Positions 21,701 to 33,700 of a stretch of 64,000 nucleotides of DNA are shown piece by piece. The DNA is taken from NCBI GenBank assembly GCA_951804945.1, contig OX638166.1, positions 39,866,001 to 39,930,000 of the forward strand, given 5' to 3'. The notes under the pieces are model-generated. The model searched no databases, was not told the DNA's origin, and worked only from the letters and a program-made list of their open reading frames with translations. The stretch is from Podarcis cretensis. Taxonomy: Eukaryota. Made by a program: the position numbers and the translations under genes. Position 1 is the first letter of the stretch. Each line of letters begins with the position of its first letter.

Positions 21701-24700
21701 GGCCATGCTGGCTGGGGCTGATGGGAGTTGGAGTACATCATCATCTGGAGGGCACCAGCATTGGCTATCCTTGTCATTGATGCCAACTCCATCTTGGCCC
21801 TGGGTCTAATATTCCGCTGAGGGTTTGGGATGCCTGTGTTGGAGTGGCCTGTGCTGGATGCCTGCTCCTTTGGCTTTATTTCTACCTTCTGTTGTGGACG
21901 GATGCTACAGTGCCCCAGAGCACTGTTCCAGAGATCTGTATGGAGGAAGTGTCACTACTGTGTGTGACTGACAAAGAGCTGGGACTCTCTCTCAAATAGG
22001 TCTGTGCCCTGACTGGGATTCGTGGGATGCTAGCAAACCTGTCAACAATGCCCGGGAGGCCATGCAGCAAGCGGATGACTGGCTGGGCATCCCACAGGTA
22101 AGCAGCACAGATACTTGGTCTGTGCTATACAGAACTTTGTGTTAAGCTGAACTCTGCTCTGGGTAGGTGTATTGGCAAAAGTGTTTACTGCTTCCAGTTA
22201 TGGCCAGGGGCAAGTGAGCAATGTGGAGTCCGAAGGTGTGTTATCCCTTGACCCCCACCCCAGGATGCTGCTTAGATTTCCCAGAAATGCTTAAAATAGT
22301 TACATTCTAGGGCCCCCTCTGCAGCCTTTAGGGCTAGAAGTCTGCTTTTTGAAAAACAAGCACTGGGCTTCTTGGGAGGCTGCATCCTGTGCTGGCTCTG
22401 TACTTGACTCCTGGCGTGTGAGAGGTAAATTTGGCTCTCCTTTGCTGTCTCCAGCTATTTGCCTTCTTTCCTCTGTAGGTGATCACTCCTGAAGAGATTG
22501 TGGACCCCAATGTTGATGAGCACTCGGTCATGACATACCTCTCCCAGTTCCCCAAAGCTAAGCTAAAGCCAGGAGCCCCCCTTAGGCCCAAACTGAACCC
22601 CAAGAAAGCCAGAGCTTATGGCCCAGGTGAGTCCAGGACTTCTTAAACAATTGGGAGATTGACCACAGTGGGGGCAGGTGGGTGTTGACAAGGGATCTTT
22701 CCTAGGACGGCGTTCTTCAACCTTGGGTCCCCAGATGTGGTTAGACTGCAGCTTCCATAGTCCTGCTATTTTAGCCAATGGGATGATGGGAGTAGTAGCC
22801 CAACAATCTCAGGGGACCCAGGGTGTCGTGAATAGAATAGCTGCCTCATAGGGCTCGACTCAAAGGTGTTTGTACTTGGGTGGCACTGTGGGTTAAACCA
22901 CAGAGCCTAGGACTTGCCGATCAGAAGGCCGGCAGTTTGAATCCCCGTGACGGGGTGAGCTCCCGTTGCTCGGTCCCAGCTCCTGCCAACCTAGCAGTTC
23001 GAAAGCACGTCAAAGTGCAAGTAGATAAATAGGTACCACTCTGGCGGGAAGGTAAACGGCATTTCTGTGTGCTGCTCTGGTTCACCAGAAGCAGCTTAGT
23101 CATGCTGGCCACATGACCTGGAAGCTGTACGATGGCTCCCTTGGCCAATAAAGTGAGATTGAGCGCCATAACCCCAGAGTCAGCCACGACTGGACCTAAT
23201 GGTCAGGGGTCCCTTTACCTTTATGTTTTTTTAACCTCTTCCTTGCAACACCCTGTGATCGCCTTGTGATGGTTTGCTCTGTACCATCTCTGTGGCTCTC
23301 CCATCAGCTCTAGCTAGCATGTGTTGGCTTTCCTGAGGTCATCCAGGCTGTACAGTGGAGATGATGCTAGAACCACTGCTGTACAAATTGATGGCATCAC
23401 GGGCCAGGGGGTGGTACAGTTACTACTGTATCTGATCATTTCACAGGCATTGAGCCCACAGGCAACATGGTGAAGAAGAAGGCAGAGTTCACCGTTGAAA
23501 CGATCAGTGCTGGCCAGGGAGAAGTGCTAGTCTATGTGGAGGACCCTGCTGGACATCGGGAAGAAGTGAGTCCCCCTGGGAGTGTGTCCTTAGAGGTCTG
23601 GATGGCCAGGCATTGAGACGGAAGAGTTATGGGGGGTGTTTTGGGTGGGTTGTACCATGCCAACCACTACTGAACTTCCTCTGTCTGTCCTCAAGGCGAA
23701 GGTCATTGCCAACAATGACAAGAACCGGACGTTCTCTGTGTGGTATGTGCCAAAGGTGACAGGAATCCACAAGGTAAGAGTCTGTATATCGTGTAGGTGA
23801 TTGGGAGAAAATTCTGGAACTGGGCCTTCATCTCAGTGATCAACATTTGACGACCTTCACTTTTTGCTCCAGGTGACGGTACTGTTTGCTGGGCAGCACA
23901 TTGCCAAGAGCCCCTTTGAGGTGAATGTGGACAAATCGCACGGGGATGCCAGCAAGGTCACTGCCCAGGGTCCTGGCCTGGAGCCTGTGGGCAACATTGC
24001 CAACAAGACCACCTACTTTGAGATCTTCACTGCTGGTCAGTGGATGGGGGCGGGGTGCTGGTTCTGAGAGGGTGGAAGGGTGTTGGCCAGCTGAAGCCTG
24101 GACGCAGCTTGAAAGCAAATGACGTAGTTGGCTGGTTTCTTAGAAACTTGTTATAAATAGTTTAGCCACCATTCCCCAACCTGGTGCATTCTAGGACCAC
24201 AGCTCCCATCAACCCCAGCATTCTTGGCCCCAATGGTCAGAGGATGGGAACTGCAGTCCAGCAACACTGGGGGGGAGGGAGTACTGTGTTGGGGACACCC
24301 GAATTGTTGGCAATGAATAAACTGTTGTTGGAGAACTTTTCTCACTATGAACTGAGTAATTGTGTTGGAGGCTTCAATTTCTCGCCAAAGTGGAACCTTT
24401 CTAGCTCTCCTGCTTTCGGAGTTGCTTGTCAAAGCATCATGTCTTCAGAGACTAAGAGCTCTGGGTAGGTGGGCTTCCAAGTTGGGAACAAGTCAGGCTA
24501 CACATAGCATTTTTGAGTGTCCAGTGCTTCACATAAGATTGTTGGAAGGATTACAGAGAATACCAAAAGGAAGAGATTGTGAGTGAGTAGCTTGCCTAAG
24601 GCTGTCCGTGGAGGAGGGCAGCTTAGTTGGCTTAACAGCCCCACTCTGACTCCTTCAAGGTAGGCTGTGGCTGGAGGAACTAAGGCCTGCTGTCCAGGCC

Positions 24701-27700
24701 TTAGTTGGGCAACATTTTGGTGAAGTTTATGCCTGTTGCTTCAGCATGCCATAGAGTAGGAGGCAGAATGATCAGACATTTATATTAGGAATATACAGTT
24801 TCATGACTCCACGTCTTCTTAACTTTCATATGTGTAATTGTGAATTCAGAACTGCCCTGAGTAATATTGTATTCAACGTGGCAGGATATGAAACAAAACA
24901 ATGATTCAGAGTACACAGTAGAGCTTGCTTTGAGATCAGTCATCCTTGATTCTCTTATCCAGGAATGTCACCCTCTCTCCTTGCCTGCCTTGAAACTCTC
25001 GGCTCTTCTCCCTTCAGGCAAAAGGCAACTTCCTTGTCCCAACAGCCCTTTGCAAACAATTGGTCTCTTGTCTTGGCGTTTCATTTTTATTTATAGCTGG
25101 ATGTTAGAACAGTCTCCTCTGAACTCTTGAGGCTGAAGATGAGTACCTTTGCTTCCAGACTAGTTGCTGCCTAAGCAAGTCTGTCTGAATTGCTGGCCTC
25201 ATCTTCCAAGCATGAAAGGTCTCCCACTGAATCCTAGCTGAAGCCTATCCAGTGCTAAGTAGAGCATAACTTGCAGCCCACAGTAACTGGAGCAAACAAA
25301 TCTTCCATTTCTTTGCTTTCAGAAATGGGTCTGTTACCAAAGGCTGAAGCATAGCGAAGTTTTAACTTGGGGACATTGTGGTGTTTTCTCCACTAGCTAG
25401 AAAGAAGCTGCAAACAAACTTTAAGGCTGCTCTTAAATGTCTTTAATTGCTAGGTGCATGGCTACAGGGTGCACTAAGCATGGAAGGTAGGGATGCAGTA
25501 TAAATAGCACTTGAATTCTGTTCTTAAAATGCTGCCCCAAGAAACCTGCAATTCCTACGTAAATTAAATAGAGCAAGCAAAACTTGTATAATGTTTCTCT
25601 TGCATAGCACTGCTAACGACAGAAAATGCCAAGGAGCTGTGCAGGGCTTAATCTTTTCCCTGGAAACTCATTGCTGAGTTCTTGGTCCAGATCAAAGGCC
25701 TTCCTGTAATTGAATACTTAAGGTTGCATGCACTATCTCCACCTAACACCTGCCTCTCTTCATCTTACCCTAATCCCTCCCCCCAGGTGCTGGTGTTGGG
25801 GAAATCGAGGTAATCATCCAAGATCCGACTGGCAAGAAAGGGACAGTGGAGCAGCAGCTGGAGGATAAAGGCAATAGCACCTACCGCTGCACCTACAAGC
25901 CCACTCTGGAGGGCACCTACACCATCTACATCACCTTTGGGGGCATCCCCATCCCCCGCAGCCCATATACGGTCACCATTGGCCAGGGTGAGTCTCCCAT
26001 CTGGCACGGGGCTTGTTGGTGGGGTCTCTTTTAACCTTAACACCACTGCTGCTGCTTGGTTTCCTCTTTGTGACCAGAAGGGGGGTGGTTCTTTGTTCTG
26101 CTCCTAACGCTTCTCCTCTCCTCTCTGCCTACCTCCACCTGTCCTGGCCCAGCTCTCCTCTGCTCTGTCCTCTCTTCCTCTGAAGAGCCATCTCCCTGGA
26201 TCTCTGCTGGCACTCATCTCCTCCCAGCTGCTCGGCGCCTGGATCCAGGGCCAATGGTATTTCACTCTTGGCAGGTGTGGGTGGGGACCTGTGGCAAGGG
26301 TGCATGTTGCTTCTGTCCAGGGGAGCAGTCTATGGGCTTGAGATCCGGCCTCCCTCTCATGGGTGGAGCTAGTTGAATGCCTGGCGTGTTAATGATGGCA
26401 AAGACCCACCCAGTTGGGAAAACTGGAGTTCTACTTGGACTCGATAGGGACGCTCACCCTCTCTCTGCTGCTACAGCATGCAACCCAAATGCCTGCCGGG
26501 CCGTGGGTCGAGGCCTCCAGCCCAAAGGTGTCCGAGTGAAGGAGACAGCAGATTTCAAGGTCTACACAAAAGGCGCTGGCAGCGGAGAGCTCAAAGTGAC
26601 AATAAAAGGCCCAAGTAAGTCCAGTGTGTGTGTGTTTGTCTTCCCCACCCTCTGTGTTTCAGACATGGGAGGGTGGGATTTGCACTTAACCCAGAAGCTC
26701 TGCCTTTTGGCCTGGAAGTGCTATAGTCTAATTACTCTGTGTGGGAAATGTTGGAAGCCTGATGACACTTTGCATAGGCTCAGAGGCATTCGGGGTGCAG
26801 CTGCTGCACATGTCTTAAAGCAGACCCCTAGCTTGTGTGGTAATGCCCCTTTGGAAGGCAAGCAGTACACTGCAAAGCCCATCTGGCTAGTGCATGCCCA
26901 GATCTGTTTGGGGGAACATGAAGAAACTGCAGAGCAGTGTTCAAAACACCCATTGTTCTAAGCACATTTTGTGACAGGGAATTTCATTAGTGCGAGAGGT
27001 TTCTGAGCTCTGGGCGCAGAACTGTGCCTAAGATTTCAGATTAAAACTGCAGAGTGGAAAGAAAGGAGGACTTTTTTCTGCCTCCCCACTTCCAGCTACT
27101 CTCTGAAGACTGGAGAAGAGACCCTCTTAAGAATATTAGGGGGTGGGCAGGGGAAGGCTAGACCATCTTCAGCTTTGTATTGTTATAAAAAAGTGTGCCT
27201 AGCCATTCCTTTGTTGCGCCTATAACCTAGGTTTAAGGTGCCATTTAGCTCCTAGCCTTCATAACTCGGTTTCTAACACGGCTGCAGAGTTATTTATTAC
27301 CAATGGGGGAACAGGCTGATTGCACAGGAGGCTGTTGCTTCTGCTGTGCTGGAGCATCCATTGATGGGGACGTGGTGATTTGGGCTCCACTGACTCTCAG
27401 ACATGGCAAGCTCTAGAATCTCTTTGAAGCCTAAGAAGCTATCAATCGTGCTTGCTTGCCCATGGGCTGTTTTAAAATTCTTGGGTTTTACAGCAGGAAG
27501 TTCTTCTGGTGCAAGTGTAATTGGTCTATAGGAGGGGCTGATGGTGGCATTTGTACTTTGTGCAAGCATGGAAATGTGCTGAGGCAAGGAAGCAAAGCAG
27601 TAAATTGAGTGGCTGTTGTGGAGTCATGGCGGGGCAAGCAGAGCCACAAACCACTGTAGAAAACATAATTGGGTTCTTGTCTGGGCTGGAAGGAGAGGCT

Positions 27701-30700
27701 GCTGCAATGCAGAGAGGTATGTGAATGATGGAGGAGCTGGATTTTGACAGTTCTAACCCTGGGTTCAAACCGCAAGCATTCAAAGCAGAGGTTGGGTAAC
27801 TAGGCCCCAGGCAGATTTCAGGAGCCTGAGACATTTGTCAGAGCTGAAGATCTCTCCCAGCTGGAAGATAACATCTTGAGAATGTGACTGCATTTTATTC
27901 CCTTGGAGGCTCTAGCCTGCAAAGAGCCCTCAAGGGATGCCTGGGTTTGTCGGTGGTGGGGAGCAGAGCGCAGTATAATGTTACGACATCTAGGACTCTT
28001 TGGAGCTGCCAAACGCAAGCTGTACTTAAGCTGGTTGCAGCTGTGTGTCAGTGTTTTGATCCAGGCCCCTTCCATGGGGCTTTGGTGTAAGTAAGGCTGC
28101 AGTTTCTAGAGAAGTGTGGTGGGGGAATTGAATGCAAATGGGCACCAGGGTGGGGGGAGACCAGAGTCCCACCCACCAGCCCCACCTCCTTGCCAATGTG
28201 AGGATGGTAAGAAGCTGCTGGTTCCTTTAGCTCAATACTGTCTAGCCAGGGGTGGGGAATCTTTTTGACCAAACCCTGTGGGCGAACCTGTCAAAGTTGA
28301 CCAGCAGGAGCAAAGGGAGATAGCGGTCAAGTGTGATCGAACCCCCTGCACATTAGCTGATGTGCTAGAGTTCAGTCCCACTTTCTGCAGGGAATCTAGC
28401 TGAGTCTTTACCTGCCTCACACCTGACATTGCATATGGTGTCAGGTGTGGGCAGGTGGGCATGCTTTGGGGAAATGGCCTGGTAGGACAGATTTCGCCCA
28501 TGAGCCAGAGGTTCCCCACCCCTGGTCTGAACTGATGGGCAGTGACTCACCAGGATTTTAGACAGGGCATCCCTGGAGACACCAGGATTTGAACTAGGGA
28601 CCTGCATGCATGCAGAGCAGATGCTCTTCCACCTGTGAAGCACTCCCAGTGGTAACCTATACTTGTTCTTGGCAGCATTCCCAATTGTATTCTCTTGCCT
28701 TTCCTCCAGGGTGCTCAGAATAGTGTGCATAAGAGTTGAATCCTCCTTTTTGTCCTCTATTATTTGGGAGTAAGACTGGGATAGTGACTGAGATCAGGTA
28801 TATTCCGTGTGCTTCATGGACCCAGTGGGCATTTGACCCTAGTAGCTCTCCCTGGGAGCCGCACTGAGACGTGTGATAAACATGATGTACAAGAACTCAT
28901 TGGCTAATCTTCTGCAAGGTGAGGGCATGCATGCATGATCTTCCTTGGTAATATGTAACTGGCAGGTATATGGGTTTTGTTTTGCTTTTTCTGTATGTTG
29001 TGAAGTTCCTTCCGCTCTCAACCACCATAATCTCTTCCCACAGAAGGACTTGAGGAACGTGTCAAGCAGAAGGACCTGGGTGATGGGGTGTATGGTTTTG
29101 AGTACTACCCCACAGTTCCTGGCAACTACACAGTCACAATCACTTGGGGTGGGCAGCATATCCCCCGCAGGTAAGAAGCAGGAAGGCTGGGGAAGAACTA
29201 TTTCCACCTGAAAGAGAGGAAGGAGGGGATGCTTGCTGAGACTCAGGGAGATTAAAGGGTGCCTTGAATCTCTTCCTTGCCTTGATCCTTCTAGCATTCA
29301 ATTTGATGGTCTCAGCTGTAGAGTTTTCATTTCATTTATATTTGAATAAAAATTTAGATACTACTTTTCAGTCCTAAATAGAGGTCCCCAAACACCTTAT
29401 TTCTGAGGCCTTTTAGTATGTGCCTCCCTCCCCAGGGGAGGTCTGGAGGGCGGCAGCTTGAGAACGGCCCTTTTCGGTGGTGGCTCCCTGCTTGTGGAAT
29501 TCTCTCCCCAGGGAGGCATTCCTGGTTACCCTCTCTATCAGTTTATGGCAACAGGCAAAAACTTTTATTTCTGCCCATTTGTTGCATCTTCCTTGCTCAT
29601 CTTCTAGACCTGTCTTTTTATATCTGATTGGTGTGTTTTTAGGTTTCTGATCTGGTTATGGTTTTTTATACTTGGTTGAAATCTTTGCTTTATAATTCAC
29701 TTTGGTCCAGTTTCCATGAAAAAAGCAACTAACATGCTGTGAACCACCCTGGGAGCTTTGGATCAAGGGTGGTGTACAAATTAAATAAATGTAAGAAATA
29801 AAATAAACAGACCATACAACTAAAATCCTAGGTAAAATACACTTAAAAACAGAGCAGATTGGGGCTTTGATTGCAATTAACCAACAGGAGAGCCGGCATG
29901 GCTTCCAGAGGGGGTGGAGATCTAGCGTTGGTGCAATAGGTCTCCTCTTCTGGGAGAATGAGTGTTCTCTTTCAGCCTGCAGATTTAGATGTTTCCGTGT
30001 TTTGCGCAATTCCCTGAGGGGTGAGAGGGGCAAACACAATCTGCTACTCAAGAGATTTATAACTAGGCAAACAGACTAGGTAGGATTAATTAGGGACCTG
30101 TTGTATTTTTGGGGATGGGTGGCTGTCCATTCACAGCAATAGTGCACACAGCCTGACCAAGGCATTTGCTGCTTAAGTGGAGCAATTGATGACTCCGCCT
30201 CCAAGCCTAAGTGCTCAATCAGCCAAGCTGTTTTGGCACCGGAGGCAGAAAATCCCACAAGGGCCACTCCTTCTTTCCCTGGCAGTGTACAACTTAGCTG
30301 TAATAAATTAACCATTTGCAGTCCTTTTGTGACACACAAAACCAGCTGGCCCCTCAGTCTACCAAATGATAGGGCTGGTAGACTGATACCTCCTCATGTG
30401 ATGACTTGCAAGTGTGCTAGCTGCACTGCTGGAGCAAACTGGAGCAGGCAAGTTTCATTAGCAAATCGGCCTGTTAAAACAATCCATTTTATCTTAAGGC
30501 TGAGATTGAACATTAATGTTTTTTATTCCCCCCCCCACCCGCTTTTTTTTTTTTTTTTTAGCCCATTTGAGGTAAAAGTGGGAACGGAATGTACAAACCA
30601 GAAGGTGCGGGCCTGGGGGCCAGGCTTGGAAGGAGGTGTGGTCGGCAAGTCTGCTGATTTCGTGGTGGAAGCCATTGGTGATGACGTTGGCACGCTAGGT

Positions 30701-33700
30701 AACCGGCAAAGTTGGGAGAGGACCAGTGGCTTGGCGTTTATGGGATTGGTGTTTACGCAATGCGTAACTGACTTGGGGAATTCATTGTCACGGTGTGGTG
30801 GCCTCCTAGCTTAGATGGCTCCAAAGCTAAAACAGATTTCTGAAGGACGCGCTTCTCAGTCAGCATTGGCCTTGACGCTAAATGGAGCCTCCAGGTTCCT
30901 GGATGGTATGACTTGGTGTTCAGGGAAAAGGGACAGTCAGGGAACCACTAACATCCTTACCTGGGATCTCTTTGCCTGAGAAAGCCCACCTGCCCCTTCA
31001 GCTGCAGTCGCCTTGGGCAGTTTAAGGCCTTTGCTTAGGTGGAGCTTTGTTTAGCCACCTTTTTTACTTTTACCTTGTCTGTGTATTCAAAAATTGTTTA
31101 AATGACTTTCATTTGGTTCTAAGCAGCCTTCAGAACCCGTGTAGGATTAGTAGTCAGCCTTAGACACCGATATGCTATCAGTGTTTAAGCTAAATACAGG
31201 CATCTGCAGTCTTCAGGATAACGTAACTGTTGTCTAGTGGCTGGGATAGGCATTTCCGAGTGTTGGTTTAACTGTGAACTAATGCCTGGTTCTGCATGTG
31301 CTCCTGGCAGGCTTCTCTGTGGAGGGTCCCTCACAGGCCAAGATTGAGTGTGATGACAAGGGCGATGGCTCCTGCAATGTGCGCTATTGGCCGCAGGAGC
31401 CAGGCGAATATGCAGTCCATGTGCTCTGCAACAACGAAGACATCAAGCTCAGCCCCTTCATGGCGGAAATCAAAGCTGCTCCCAAGGACTTCTACCCAGA
31501 GAAGGTAAGTGTCTGCATGAAGGAGACTCCTTTTGGGATGGTGCATCCTGGCACTCTTGTGTGTCTATGTATAATGCTATGAGGGAAGAAGAACTGAGAA
31601 CCAGTAACTGGCCCATGTTGGTGGCTTGAGAGCTCGTCACGACCGCGTCCGAAGGAGTGTCTTGCCAACTGCTCTTCCTGGTGTGAGCATATGCATTGTT
31701 GGAAAGCTGATCTTGGCTGTAAAGGTTTTAGGCCTTATGACTGTGGAAGAGCTTGGGGTAGTTGGAGGTCACAGTTAAGGGAAGGGCTCAGTGGTGCTTC
31801 TGGTTGAGGAGTGGCAATGGTAGAAAAAAGGTCTTCAAGCACATTGTCCATTTTGGCAAACTCAACTTTTATTTTGATTTGCTGTCAGCCAGTGGGGTTC
31901 TGCTGTCCTTCTCCCCACCACCAAGTGCTCCAGGTGGGGATTGTGCAAGACTAGCTCAAACTACATGGGAGTAGCATCCCCAAAAAACATTTCCAGCATG
32001 GAGTCGTGTGCTTGGCACAGTTCTCACAACCTCAAGTGTTGTGTCCATGCTCCAGCCACTCCTGCTGAATGAAGGGACCCCCACCCACCATTTTCTAGCT
32101 GTAAACCTTATGATGACCAGTGCAGTATGTTCTAACTGTGCAGAAGTTGCTTTGGAGTTCACACCTCTCTTCCAACCCCTCTCCAGGTCAAAGCCCATGG
32201 TCCAGGCTTGGAGAAAACGGGCGTTGCAGTCAACAAGCCAGCTGAGTTCACAGTAGATGCCAAGAGTGGTGGAAAGGCTCCTCTCAAGGTGCAAGTACAG
32301 GTGAGACTTGGTGCTTGTACTACGGAGGGGGCATAGCTTTATCTTGTGCTGTCGCTATGAAGAGTGGGAGAAGAGGCTTCCAGAATGCTGATCTTACCAC
32401 AGAGGACTACTAAGGAAGTGTGCTGGATGCTAAGCTGCTCCTGTTTTTGTTTCTCCGTTGCAGGACTCTGAAGGATCCCCTGTGGATGTCTCTGTGAAGG
32501 ACAATGGCAATGGCACCTACAGCTGCTCCTACCTGCCCAAGAAGCCCGTAAAGCACACAGCGATGGTGTCGTGGGGCGGAGTCAACATCCCCAACAGTCC
32601 CTACAGGGTTGGTGTTCTCTGTATTCCACCCTACCCCCAAATCACACTCTGAGAGCAAAGGACGGATGGATAGCTTAGTTGGTTAGAGCGTGGTGCTGAT
32701 AACACTAAGGTTGTATATTCCTGCATTGCAGGGGGTTGCACTAGATAATCCTCAGGGACCCTTCCAACTTTGTGCTCCTTTGTGTCTTTCCCTTACCAAG
32801 TAGCTAAATAAACTTATTTCCCCTTGCAAGCAGATAGCTAGGTCAGGTGTAGACTATAGCTGTCTGTGTGCAGAGTCTTACTGGGCTGGTGTGCTTGTTG
32901 TGTAGATTTTACTAATCACATGTTACATCACTCTAGGTCAACGTTGGCGCTGGCAGCCACCCCAACAAAGTGAAAGTGTATGGTCCTGGTGTGGCAAAGA
33001 CTGGCCTGAAGGCTCACGAGCCAACCTACTTCACAGTGGACTGTGCAGAAGCTGGGCAGGGTGAGTCTAGAAGGGCTTCTGTCACCTGGAGTCCAGGCCA
33101 AGAAGCCCTAGGGCAGGACTGGTCATGCTGGAAGCACAGCTCTGATAAAGCTAGTTGTCTTCTGTTGATGCCCCCCCAACAGAGCTGGAGGGGGAAGCTC
33201 AGATGTTGCTCCGTTCTGGAGGAAGACACTGTGTCCAGAACTGCAGGGGGCTTGCTCTGGCCCACTGCCCCAGAATGGAGACCATATACAGTGGGCCCGC
33301 AACTTACACTCACATTACATACACAATCGCAACCTATGCGGGTGGGTGAGAGAATAAATAAATGATCAGGGCAGGTCTCAGGAGGGTCCTGGGATGCTCC
33401 CTTCCCAGAGCCCAGGATGCAGCCCTCTGCCTTGTTGAGGTGGTGGTTTCCTGACTTTGCACTACTTTTCTTTGTGTGTGGACAACTGCAACTGGAACCG
33501 AGCCCTTGGGCCAACTCTAATGAGCTTCACCAGGTCCTTGTCCATGGCCTTCCTACAGCCTCTACCTTTCAAAATAGCAAAACAAGAGTCTCTGTAACAA
33601 ATTCTGACAGTTGAAACCCATTCACTTTTCATTCTTTGAAGCCACAAAAGCTTATGCCATAATGAATTTGTCTGTCTGTCTAAAGACTGTCACAAGACTT

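Noticed and set aside
29041-29046. NAGNAG acceptors (CAGAAG) at exons 11 and 21
   Set aside because: The proximal CAG gives the conserved protein; there is no evidence here for use of the distal AAG.
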